This document shows, piece after piece, positions 26,507-38,380 of a stretch of 64,000 nucleotides of DNA. The stretch spans positions 10,168,001 to 10,232,000 of the forward strand of contig NW_026974140.1 in assembly GCF_037042905.1 (NCBI RefSeq), given 5' to 3'. Position 1 is the first letter of the stretch. Every line of letters begins with the position of its first letter. The translations under genes and the position numbers were made by a program. Under the pieces are notes generated by a model that was given only the letters and a program-made list of their open reading frames with translations, had not been told where the DNA came from and searched no databases. The DNA is from Lytechinus pictus (taxonomy: Eukaryota).

Positions 26507-28073
26507 TAGACTGGACCTCAATTAAATTTGTTTCAACAATTTGTGTTTCTTCCCTCCTTGATCTGGTATATGACCCCTGACACATCATCGGGGACATCTC
26601 ATCTCTTTTATTTTTCTTCATATTTTATCTTCTTCTACTGAGCAGTCTGGATCTCTGCATGGTCAGAGTATGGACCTATTACGAGGTCCATGGTCAGAGG
26701 AGTTTGTACTGGAAACACAAATAATGTGATCATTAGTTTGTGCTTGTGCCATGCAATGCCTGAAATTTAATAAGTTAGTATGGCAACCTTGACTTTCATA
26801 TTTTCGGAGAGATATATTAATACAGCGGCTCTTGTCCGGGTGGGAATAATGGGTATGGTCCCCTCGCTTGCTTCCGTAGATTCCTATTCGATAATACCAT
26901 GTTGAAACCTTAATAGGAAGTTTTCGTTCAGAGACGTACGGCGAATTGAAGAACATAGAATATATATTGCATAATGCACTTCATGACAAAGAACAACCAA
27001 GTAAGTTTCTGTCGAAAATTGGTAAATCGAATCAGCAGTTAAGCTCTTGATTCTGGACAAACGAAACATTTGCAATTTTTCATCTGCTCTAGACTACAAA
27101 AAAATGCTGTTCTGGTTCACCAATTTTCGACAAAGACTTTTTAGCTGTTATTTGTCATTTGATGGTCATTTGCGTATATCGCTGAGCGAAACTCACACTA
27201 CCTTTTGCGTCACCTCCCTTTCCCTACCCCTCCCCCTCCCCCGATTCAATCATTTCTCAGTTCCATATTCTTTATAACCAATAATGCACCATAAGAAACG
27301 AGATTTTGTTGATTTTCCTCGTTATAAATCATCGGTTAGTACTTTGTACTACGCCCAGTATTCAATCAATATATATTCCACTGAAATAGTTAAGAATCTA
27401 GATATTTATGAGAAGTTTTATGATTAATGTCATGGTAATGGGCACAACATTGTGGCAATGCTTACGCCCATCTATATGTTTTTTTTTTTTTACATTACCC
27501 TTCTGCGGTAACAACACCAATCACGAAGAACGCTGTCATCTGTGTGGACGTTTGAATATCAATGTTGGTAGAGATATAGAAATTCTCAGAGGAAAACTTA
27601 ATTTTGGAATATTTTAAGAGAGAATTAAAAGGTTAGTGTATTATTGGCAAGTTTTGAACAAGTACATTTTGAACCAATACATTTTGGTAATCCATGATCT
27701 TTTCTAGATTGAAGTTTTCTAGAAAAATTAAAAGAAGTGGAGAATGTTTGGGAGTATGTCATCTTTAAAAAAAACCGTTATTCCCATCTAATGTCTAGAA
27801 ACTTCCATCCCCAAACCGAGCTACCCTCTTGCTCCCACCTCTCTCTTTCATTTTCTTTATCTCTCTCACGTGTCAACTGGCATTGGGTAACACTAATACA
27901 AACCTGAAATCATTTCCCCTTAAGCATCAACGAACCACCAATTTTTAATTATGTGAAGCAACGCCATGCCACCCTCTATCACAAAACACCAACGAATTTT
28001 ATGATGAATTAAAATGTCAGGCATGTATGATATCAAAATTGAATTAATTCTTTATCCTTAATTCTCATACAGG

Positions 28074-29222
28074 ATGGCCACCAAGCTTACCGGAATGAGA
28101 CTGCACAAATGGATCGTGTTATTCTATATAATGCATAGATCGATCATGATAACTGCACCACACACCATGGCAATGTCGCCGATAAATATAACAACCGATT
28201 CCACAACTGCTGCAACAACAACAGCAGATTTAACAACATTATCAACAACCGATTCCACAACTGATGCAACCACATCAGATACAACAACGTCACCAACAAC
28301 CGATTCCATAACTGATCCAACAACATCAGATACAACAACGTCACCAACAACCGATTCCATAACTGATCCAACAACAGCAGATACAACAACGTCACCAACA
28401 ACCGATTCCACAACCAATACAACAACAGCAGATACAACAACGTTACCAACAAACGATCCCACAACTGATGCAACAACGGCAGCAGATACAACACCGTTAC
28501 TAACCACAGGAGAATCAAACATAACATGGACAATCATTGTGACTGCTACAGCTACATCACCAGGTGCGAGCATATCCGATACTGAAATCCCATCAACCAT
28601 GTCTACTACAACTGCATTCACGCCGTTAGATACGGGCACAACTGCAGATATAACTACCACCTCCGCTACAGTAACAGCAACCACAGAAAAAACAACAGCA
28701 CTAATGGGAACATCTGATCCAAGAACACAAACCACAGCGCCAGACAACCGTGATCGAAGTGCACTACCATCAATTTCAGACACCCCTGAAACTCTCGATC
28801 CAGATGTACCAACAACCACGCCCGAAACCCATGAAACTCTCGATCCAGATGCACCAACAATCACGACAGAAACCCCGGATCCAAGTGCACCAACAACAGC
28901 GTCAGGAAACCCTGATCCAAGTGAACCGGTTTTGATTACTACATCCGAGGAAACATCTACTAGAGATGAAGATTCTACAACAAGCTCACCTAAAGATTCC
29001 ATATCGTCTGGTGCCATCGCGGGTATCGTCATCGGATCATTAGCAGGAACTGCTGCTTTGGCAGGCGGTGTTGGAGTTGCTGTGTATTATATGAAACATA
29101 CCATGGGTGATGCTACAGTTACGCCAACCTATTCCAGTCAGAGCAATATTCGTATGACGATGATGGAGGAAGGGGTTGCAGGAAACCATCCTAATGTGAC
29201 TGGCAAAAACAACGTAAAGTGA
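28074..29222 (+). CDS. Mucin-like type-I transmembrane protein, paralogue C (382 aa, single coding exon)
   Basis: Acceptor tctttatccttaattctcatacAG|G ATG; hydrophobic N-terminus; ~51-bp repeats (TTDSITDPTTSDTTTSP); degenerate DPSAPTT units; TM segment ISSGAIAGIVIGSLAGTAALAGGVGVAVYY; tail with TVTP. Confidence 0.85.
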   Translation: MATKLTGMRLHKWIVLFYIMHRSIMITAPHTMAMSPINITTDSTTAATTTADLTTLSTTDSTTDATTSDTTTSPTTDSITDPTTSDTTTSPTTDSITDPTTADTTTSPTTDSTTNTTTADTTTLPTNDPTTDATTAADTTPLLTTGESNITWTIIVTATATSPGASISDTEIPSTMSTTTAFTPLDTGTTADITTTSATVTATTEKTTALMGTSDPRTQTTAPDNRDRSALPSISDTPETLDPDVPTTTPETHETLDPDAPTITTETPDPSAPTTASGNPDPSEPVLITTSEETSTRDEDSTTSSPKDSISSGAIAGIVIGSLAGTAALAGGVGVAVYYMKHTMGDATVTPTYSSQSNIRMTMMEEGVAGNHPNVTGKNNVK

Positions 29223-30036
29223 TTTCCCTGGTGACGTGATAGTCAAACAGATGACAGAAAAGACAACAGTAAGAAAGGAAATCGGAGGAATCAATTTTTT
29301 TACTCTGAACACGAACAATAATGCTAAAATGAAATTTTCAAATCTCGGGACAGATTCTGCGATCGCCAATAAGGGGAGCCGGAAACACATATTTTCATCC
29401 ACAAACTGTTTTTGGTTGGTTTATGAGGGGAATTCCTAAATAAAGATTGAGGTTTTAAGTACATCTTAACTTTTTCTTATAAACAAGATAGGTATGTCAT
29501 TAAGCCAATACATGATGCGAGCGCGAAGCGCGAAATGTTTCTCATATAGTCCATGTATTCAAACCTGAAAATTGAATATGCTAAGCAGTTTTTATAATCA
29601 TAATCAAGATGTGTACATATAACTTACCAATTAATGGATATACTGACCTGAAAAAAGACATGTTAAGGACCGTTGCAGTGACTCTCACCAATTACACAAT
29701 GCGTAGCACAACCTCAAAAAATTGATATATATCGACCTGAAAACTTGACGATTGCTTAGATTGGGATCTAACAATAAGGTCTTTGGATCTAACTAACAAA
29801 TGATGCGAGCGCGAAGCGCGAGTTGAAATTTTTTATATACTGACCTAAAAGGGACATGGGGCCCGTTACACAAAACTTAGCAATGATCGTAGAACATTTT
29901 TCTACGATTGATTCCATTGACTACAATGTACAATCAATCTTGAAAATCAAGCGTACGATCAATCGCTAAACATTGTGTTACGGTACTCTGCTCAGGAATA
30001 TTGGCAGTGACTCATGAAGAGGATACATAAAAAATA

Positions 30037-30626
30037 AACTTCTCAAAAAAGTTTGGTAATCTGAGTTTGGCCATTAATATCTCCCAACTCCCAATTTTAC
30101 ACAATGCATGTTTGATATCGTTCAAAAGATCATTTGATTTTCTTTAAAATGATATCCTGCTTGTTATGACCATGCCATCACGAAAAGAGCAGGATTCAAA
30201 AGTGTTGGATGAGGTCTAAATTGAAAAGCTGCAAAATAAGCAGAAATGGTCATGAAGGGTCAATAAAGAGCATGATTCCTTTGTCCGGAGTGATGACTTT
30301 TTATGTAGTGATGGATCTGTGAGATAACATGGTTTGAGTCGTGGTTTGAAATACCCATGCATGTTGAAAACAAAAGGAAACCACTAAGAAATTCACTCAT
30401 CACCACGGAAAAAAAAGAACAGTGACTTTCAATATTGTGTCATTTTGCAACTTTGGAATTTTGACCTTGCCCCGCACCTCCATGTGAACCATAATCATAT
30501 CATGTAGGGTATCATTTGAAGAAAATTAAATGATCTTTTGAATGATATCAAATATTTATTGTGTAAAATTGGGAGTTGGGAGAAATTAATGGCAAAACTC
30601 AGATTTCCAAACTTTTTTTAGATTAT
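30037..30626. mobile_element. Long-TIR MITE (Tc1/mariner-like ends) inserted in a gcgagcgcgaagcgcgag-motif repeat (~29500-30760)
   Basis: ~125-bp inverted arms: aaaaagtttgg-aatctgagttt-gccattaat-tctcccaactcccaattttacacaat versus its reverse complement at ~30500-30620. Confidence 0.75.
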
Positions 30627-30905
30627 ATTCCGACCTGAAAACTTAACATTCTAAGCACTTTTTGTATCCATGAACAGAAAGGGTATCTATTACTTACTAG
30701 ACTGACGATGCGAGTGCGAAGCGTGAGCTGAAAAGTTTTTACAGCTGTAAATTTACTCGAAATGGAACTGTTTAACATGGAGCTGGCGCTGTTGCTGATA
30801 TGCATTGCGGAACACTGTTTTCTTCCAGTAAGGTTTCTTTGGGTTTTAATTTTTGCATTTGCACCCCGATTTGTACCAAAATTGAATGTTTACCGATAAA
30901 TATTA

Positions 30906-31395
30906 AGGCCACCGCACAACTTACAAAATAATGTTCCACGATCCGATTTCGGAACAAATGGCATTTTCCTCATTTTCTGTAAATTTGAATGAAAAGTGTA
31001 TTTTTATAATAGGTTCAAATTAACTGAAAGAATACTAACGTAACAATTTTGGATGATTGCAAGTCTTTATTTTGGAATAAAGGATAAATTAGTTTCAAAT
31101 CGTATAGTCAGTCGTACGATTGCTATGACGTCATTAATATAGGAGCGCCTTGAGCACATAACAAGGTGGATATGTGCGCAATATAAATACCCTATATTAT
31201 CATTACGACTAGATATTAAATTCGCTTTTATTCTGATAAGGATGATAGCATAGTCACATATTTGAACATAGGTATTTTTACGATGATTTAGAACATTGCA
31301 CAGTAAGATATTCCATGTTTCAATATTAGCATCAAATCCTACTCCGTGTCATTCCGAATCGGGTCGCAGACCGATCGTAAGGTGTGCAGTGGCCT
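30906..31395. mobile_element. PIF/Harbinger-like MITE containing a SINE tail
   Basis: tta|AGGCCACCGCACA...TGTGCAGTGGCCT|tta (3-bp TSD); SINE 3' tail at ~31135-31205. Confidence 0.7.
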
Positions 31396-31676
31396 TTATA
31401 GTTCAATGCCACAGTCAGACCGACCATAGCTTTTACCATGTTTACGATTACCATTGACTGGCAGGAGCCGACTGGCAGGTCTTAGCTGACTGGTCATCGG
31501 TCGGTTTAGAGTCAGTTTCGTTGGTGTGACTCTAGAACCAGCAAGTGAAAGTGGTACTCTTCATACAAGTGATTGAGTTTCAATGAAATCTATTCCAATG
31601 CGACGAATGATATAATGCCATTCGATAGATTTGGTCGGTTGGAGTTGGTTTCGCCGATGTGACTTTGTCATAAAAT

Positions 31677-31896
31677 GAGGGACGTGGGTTCGAATCCCAG
31701 CCATGGCGTATTTTCATTTCATTGTTCTGCACTCGACCCAGATGAGGAGAATGGCCACCCGGCAGGATTATTCCTTGAAACAATTTACCAAGCGCCTTTA
31801 TACAGCTGGAGCTAAAGCCGGGGTAATACACAGTGCGCCATTGAATAGGCAACGAGATAATCGGCGCCTCATAAATGTTATATAATTATTATTATT
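31677..31896 (+). mobile_element. 5'-truncated tRNA-derived SINE
   Basis: B box ggttcgaatccc, core gcactcgacccag and (tta)n tail; related to 9500-9787. Confidence 0.75.
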
Positions 31897-32090
31897 AAAA
31901 TAACTTTTCATCGATATTGATGTAGTTTTTATATTTACTCGTGTGTAATGATCGGAAGTGAGCCAAGTTATTTTAGTTCATTTATTGATATTGATGTAGA
32001 TATTATATTTACTCGTGTGTAACGATCGGAAGTGAGCCAAGTTATTTTAGTTCATTTATTGAAGCACTAGTTCTCATGAATGTTCACGAA

Positions 32091-34475
32091 CATTGGTGTC
32101 GATCACGGGGGGGGGGGGGTGGGGGGGATATATCCCCCCAATATTTCAAGTGGGGGGATGGCCTGTATTATCATCCCCCCCCCCCCAATAATTCAGGGTC
32201 GAAAAATTGTAATAATGATGATGAAAAAATGAAAAGTTTGATAATGATGATTATAGTGATGATTATAGTATGCCATCAATCAGTTTGTTTCCCTCGCAAT
32301 TTGTGTATATTGTTATTAAATATAAACATTATTTTCCAGGGCTTTTAAACAGATGGGTGGAGGTTCAAGATGAAAAAGAATGAAATGTTTATGTACCGGT
32401 ATATGATATTTTTTAAACACATGACATAAAATGACCCCGACGAAAAAAAACTTTTGTTGATAGGGTGTTCCATCCCACCAGTGGTGAATAAATTAATTTT
32501 AAGAAATCAATTAATTCAAAAGGGTGGAAAAATAAACGGGTGAAAAAGGGTGGCAAGATAAACAGGGAAACCTCCATGGACGTAAATCCTAGAGGGGTAG
32601 ATCTTGAAAAAGTACAAACAACTTTTCTCAGATTTACCCCTCCCCACATCCAAGTGCATGATGTTTGTCCCATTTAATCTACAACCCTTTTGAATATTAA
32701 ACATTTTATCATGTGACCCCATCAGATACCTCTCATGAAAATATTGAGGTGCAGTGAGCTCAATATAATATGATCATATTTTTACAATTTTTTAATAAGT
32801 GAAATCAATGAATGGTTTCAGAAAGAATAATCATTCATTTCTCTCTAAAGCGTATCTTCAGATATGAACATCGGAAGGGTTTTTTTTTTCATGTTATTCT
32901 TGTTATTGTTATGGACTTGAATAACTAAAGTTGGTTGATTTTTTCTTAGTTTGGCAAAAAGAAATCTTTTTTTAGTTTGGAAAGGGATGACAGTTTTGCA
33001 TTCTATATGAGCACACTCATGCGGTATGTTAATTTCATTTTAACACATATATTAGCTGATATTACACACTGATGATTCAAGAAGATGTTGGAGAAATATC
33101 ATAACATGACAGTTGAGTTTTGATTGTTTTTATGTTTGTTTTGTTTCATGCACTTATAAAATATTTAAAACGTGTTAAAATCAAGGGTTAAAATCGTCTG
33201 ACGGTAAGCCCGATGGCGCACGAGAAGCCACACAGTTTGTAATTTGTGCTAGTCTTAATTTGTCCGAATCTGCATTTTATCATCATGCATTAAGAAGAAA
33301 AAAGATATTGCCAGTCGGGTTAGATTTAAGAGAGAAGTTGTATACATCATGCTCAATAAACAGATCACTTTGTACATGGTCCAGACAATTTTTGTCATTT
33401 TTTCTTTCGTATGAGTTTAGAATAGGCTCACTCAGTGGGGTAACTACGGGGGGGCATGGGGGGCACATGCCCATCCAATCGGCTGACAAAAAAAACGAGG
33501 AAAAGGAGAAAAAGAGGGAGAGAGGAAGGGAATGTAATGGGAAATAAGAAATTATTGTTCATTATGATGTTAGATTATACTATAATTCTGTTATATTACA
33601 TAAGACGCATTTTTCATAACTTTATGAAACATAATTTGATAAGGGCCCATGTCTTCATTGTTCCTGGTATTCACATTGTCTGTTTAACTTTAACGAGATA
33701 TATAATCCTGTGGCACTAAAACCTCCTGTTTTCAATATACTTCCTCGCACTTCGAATTATTATTTTATGTGCAATAGTATGCTTCTTTTCATGACTACTT
33801 AAAGTGATTGCCACATTTTAAGGTCTTAATATAAAACATTTCTTGTCCGTGCTTATGTTCTCATTAGTGAGATATGTCTGCTCTCCATGAATTCCTAGAA
33901 TCAGTCCTTAAAATGTCCCTTTTTCTGATCTCAATATCAAAACTTTTCAGATCGCGCTTCGCGCTCGCATCATTTGGTTAATGAAATACGTATGGTCTTA
34001 GTGAATTCCTACAAACAAGCTTTAGAATGCCCCTTTTCAGGTCTGAATTTCCTAAATTTTCAGCTCGCGCTTCGCGCTCGCAATATTTGATTATTGAGGT
34101 TCGTATGTTAATAATCATGATTACAATTACTTCATGTGTAATTCTAACAAAATCAGCAAGCGCTTAGCACTGGCATTAGATGACTGTGGTGAGATATGTA
34201 GTGGATTCCTTAAATATTATCATCAGTGAGATACATATCTGTTTAATATATGGCACTGTCCTTAAAGTGTGTCTATTAGGTCAGTATGCCTGGCAACTGA
34301 GCGCGCTTTGCGCGCTCACTAAGTGACTCAAAATTTTTGCTGGTGCCCCCCAATGCCATGACCCACGGTACGCCACTGGGCTTACTGGTAACACAAATTG
34401 AATTTTGTGATCCCCATCCACAAGAATATTTGTGTCAATCATCCCCCCAACCAAGAATACCGATCGACACCCATG
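32091..34475. mobile_element. Non-autonomous hAT element (2.4 kb) with a nested hAT element
   Basis: TIR cattggtgtcgatc / gatcgacacccatg; perfect 8-bp TSD ttcacgaa (32083-32090 and 34476-34483). Confidence 0.88.
33433..34378. mobile_element. Nested non-autonomous hAT element
   Basis: Termini cagtggggta...tacgccactg; TSD ggctcact/ggcttact (7/8 match); internal repeats gctcgcgcttcgcgctcgc. Confidence 0.82.
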
Positions 34476-35301
34476 TTCACGAATGTGAATTGGATACGAA
34501 ATACGAAGGGATATTCATCGTTGCTAGTACTTCTGTGCATTATGTAATCCATGCTCTCTTTACCAAATCGACTGAAAGGTCCTTGGTTCGAATCCCAATC
34601 ATGAAATAGTTATGTGATTTAAATTTTCCTTGCCGGGGTTTCTGATTGAAAATGGAATCATCATTTTTTTTCCACTCGAAAATATGCTTTCTTCACTTAC
34701 ATGATGAAAGTGTTATTTCATTCCTTTGCTAGTGTATTTTCACTGTTTCCGATTTGGAGACTATGTTTGGCATGAAAGCAAATCTGTATAGATATGCTGA
34801 CATCAATTCTTAATATGACAAAATAGAAATCAAATATTCTAGGTACATGCAAGAGCTACAATGGGTTGATGAAGAGATCTACCCACCCCCCACCCCCCCC
34901 CCCCAAAAAAAAAAAAAAAAAGATGACGACGACGACTTGAAAAGAAGAATTGGGAAAATTTATGAGACTTATGCTTCCATATAACCGATGTTAATCAATG
35001 ATTGAAAATAGATCACATAAATTTATGCCCTCCCCCGCCCCGCGGTATTGTTATTGAAGTACCATGGTGCTGCGAGTTCTAACGGCTTTGTCCCACCGCA
35101 CTTACGGATGCAGAGAGGATGTCAAACGGTAAAGAATCTTGCCATCTGACCCATCCGATTGAAAACGTCATGTATCCCTTGTGTACTCGTTGCACCCGTG
35201 TTTCATACGCTATATTTATCGACCATCCGTCCACTGTGATTTCATTGTCATGATTGTTGGCCCATTTTGTCCATTGTCTGGAGCGGATGAAAACGGAGGG
35301 A

Positions 35302-35543
35302 CACTAGCGTACCTACGGGGGGGGGGGGGCAGGGGGGGCACTCTGCCCCCCCTGACGAGTCACAACCCATGCAAAAACGTATCTTTGCCCCCCCTGACGG
35401 GCTTGAAAAACCTTTTTTGCCCCCCCTGACGAGCTTTAAGACCTTCAATGCCCCCCTGACGAGCTTGAAGACCTTTTTTTTTTTTTTTTTTTTTTGCTTG
35501 TCAATTTTTTTCTGGTACGAAATCCTTTATTTGTGATCGAAGA

Positions 35544-35579
<36 letters not shown>

Positions 35580-35639
35580 TGTCAAATTTTTTGGTGGACG
35601 GTTTTGCCCCCCCTGTGAAAAATCCTAGGTACGCCACTG
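35302..35639. mobile_element. hAT-type MITE
   Basis: Perfect 8-bp TSD cggaggga; termini cactagcgtacct...aggtacgccactg; internal gccccc(c)tgacg repeats. Confidence 0.85.
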
Positions 35640-36331
35640 CGGAGGGAGCTACCCCGAAATTTTGCTTGCCCGCTGTATCCGTTATGAATACGTTTTGTGT
35701 CCGTCGGCCAGTGCATGGGACCATGCAGGCCTTTACTTGTTTTTTTTTAATCATTTTTAAATAGTCTTTTCTTTAATAAATGTATCGAAATGCTCTCTAT
35801 GAAGTACCAAAATCTTATTATCCATGATCGTCACAGTAGTTGTCACGGTTTTATACGTGACCGAAAAATATCACCATCGTATGCTATAGTCACACCAACG
35901 AAACCGTCTCAAAACCAACCAACAGACTATTATTTTAATCGCTCAGTTGCAGAGTAATTAAAATGGTATTTTCTGTGATTTTGACATTGTGTTTGCTCCG
36001 ATCCAATTCCTTTAACTGCTATGTCATTTTCTGTAATTTCTTTTAACTTTGTATATTCTCAGCTGCAACTTATTTGTTATATTATTTTTCTGTAATATGT
36101 TTTCAGATTATGTATATAAGTTTATAATATCAATTAACAATAAAGCCTACTACAAAACAAAAAGGTAATAGCTTTGGTGGGTCTGTAGTCTGGGTCTTTG
36201 GTGTGACACGGGGGCATCGTTGATGTCAGTCACACTCACGAAACCGATCGATGTTATATCATTTGAAACAGCACAATAATTTTGATCGGTCTCAAGTCGA
36301 TTTCATTAATGTGACTGAGGCGTCATAATGT

Positions 36332-36480
36332 GGATGTGCCGTGGTCTAGTGGTCTAATATTAGGTGCCTGACAAGACATTTGAAAGTCCGGGGTTCGATC
36401 CCGGCCACGGCACCTATAAGCCCGCGAGCAAGGCATCGACGGTGCTCTTTTATCCTGCATTCAAATAAATGGAAATGCTG
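36332..36480 (+). mobile_element. tRNA-derived SINE head
   Basis: A box gtggtctagtgg and B box ggttcgatccc; no convincing acceptor stem. Confidence 0.6.
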
Positions 36481-36733
36481 CATGCATTCTTGGTAAATAG
36501 GTGTTAACATTTTTTTTTATTTGTTCGGTTGCTTGCTTGATTTTTTTGTGGATTTAGATTAGGTTTCTTTGATGCGACTTTAGCATAATACGTGGATGGT
36601 TAGGAATCCTTGTAGTCACTGGTTTAATTACTGAATATTGTGTTTGTTATTGTACTTGTATGATTGATTGAAAAATCTGTAAATATTTGGCTTTGTATTG
36701 CTTATTTGTATTTTGTTGACGGAAACTATAAAT

Positions 36734-37520
36734 GAAGAGTTTAGTTGCAAAAGGGGTTAGGCCCACTTTGGACCATTCCGAGAAAAACCACGTTTTTTAT
36801 TTTCACTTATTGCAATATTCTTGTGAAAAACTAAATTGTCATGATGTACTACCCTATCATGTGAACATAAAATTGGGTATAAAAGAAATCTACCTGCCTT
36901 CAATTTTTTCTATATATTTTCAAAAAATTAGCATTGTGGACCTAACCCCTTTTGCAAGTAAACTGAAATGAATCCAATCTCTTTTGATTAAAAAAGTGAT
37001 TTTCCTTTGCCACTGTCATTAACGTTTTAATTTAAATTTCAAATTGTCTCTGGTATCATCAGAGTGACTAAAAATTTAGAGGTTTAGAGACAGAAAACAA
37101 TAAAATTTATGAAAAATTGACCTAACCCCTTTTGACAAATGAGTTCTTCAGAAGAGTTTAGTTGCAAAGGGGGTTAGGTCCACTCCAAAAATCCTTTTTT
37201 TTTTTAATTCTCCCATATCGCAATATTCTTATGCGAAAATGAATTTTCATGATACCCTACCATAAGAACATAAAATTGGGTATAGAGAAATCTACCAGTC
37301 TTCATATTTTTTAAGATATTCTTGTCCAAAAAAAATCTGTGTGGACCTAACCCCTTTTGAAAAAAAGTGATTTTTCTTTGCAATTTTAGTTCACTTTTTA
37401 ATAGGAATTTCAACTTTTCTTTGGTATCATCTTTTAGAGCTACTAAAAATCTATACATTAAGACATAAAAATCAAATTTGATGAAAAATGGACCTAATCC
37501 CTTTTGCAAGTGAGCTCTTC
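36734..37520. mobile_element. Head-to-tail dimer of a Sola1-like MITE
   Basis: aaat|GAAGAG...CTCTTC|aaat (4-bp AWWT TSD). The two units, 36734-37149 and 37151-37520, each have their own TIRs. Confidence 0.75.
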
Positions 37521-37733
37521 AAATACCATCGTCTCGTGTGCACTTTGATAATGATTCTCTCACAATGAGAATGTATATAATATTAAGTGATTATTGACTG
37601 CACAATCAGTGAATAAGAATCACTATACACACAAACATACAACAACCCACACGAATGCATATATTTCAATCTCTGCTGAACCTGTTGTTCACGTTTGACA
37701 TGTCATTATATTCGATGTTTTCGTAGATTCGTT

Positions 37734-37870
37734 GAGGTATTGTGGCTCAGTGGATAAGTCTCCAGACTTTGAACCACAAGGTCCGAGGTTCAAACCCCAC
37801 CGCAGCACTCGCGTCCTTTGGCAAGGCGTTTATCTACATTTGCCACTCCCCACCCAGGTGTAGTAAATGT
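37734..37870 (+). mobile_element. tRNA-derived SINE (head and core)
   Basis: gtggctcagtgg A box and ggttcaaaccc B box, followed by ttggcaaggc...ccacccaggtgta core. Confidence 0.65.
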
Positions 37871-38380
37871 GAAGATAGTCCTATCATAGGCTACCACATT
37901 TAGGTTTCGGTTACATTCGTTTCTTTTCAAGATTATATGGCCATCTTCTATACTTAATACGTTTATGGTGTGTAAATACCGTATAATTTTATTGCAAATA
38001 CGATATGTAATAACTCCTAACCCTTTAGTATTAAAGGGCCAAGTGACTGATTTCTCTCTAAATCGTTTTTGTATTGATAATTGATTTATAACAAAAAGCA
38101 GTGGCGGACCAAGGGCCTGGCGGAGTGCAAGAGGCACCCATCCCCTCTGTAATTGGGAATTGCCCATTGAATATAGCTAAATTTAAAATAATTGTCATCT
38201 TGGCCCTCTCTGTTTCAAAATTCTTGATCTGCCACTACAATAGAAATGAATTTAAGTATACATTTTTGTTGAGGTGCACCGGGGTTATGTATATCCCCAT
38301 ATTTCCTAGGGTTACGTGCACTGAGGGGGGGGGGTCGAGTTTCCCCTCCAACCCGAAGCGTGAAGTTTCCGATGTCTCAT

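Noticed and set aside
36332-37870. tRNA-like sequences at 36332 and 37734 (and 9715-9787) as tRNA genes
   Set aside because: A and B boxes are present, but the cloverleaf is imperfect and SINE body sequence follows.
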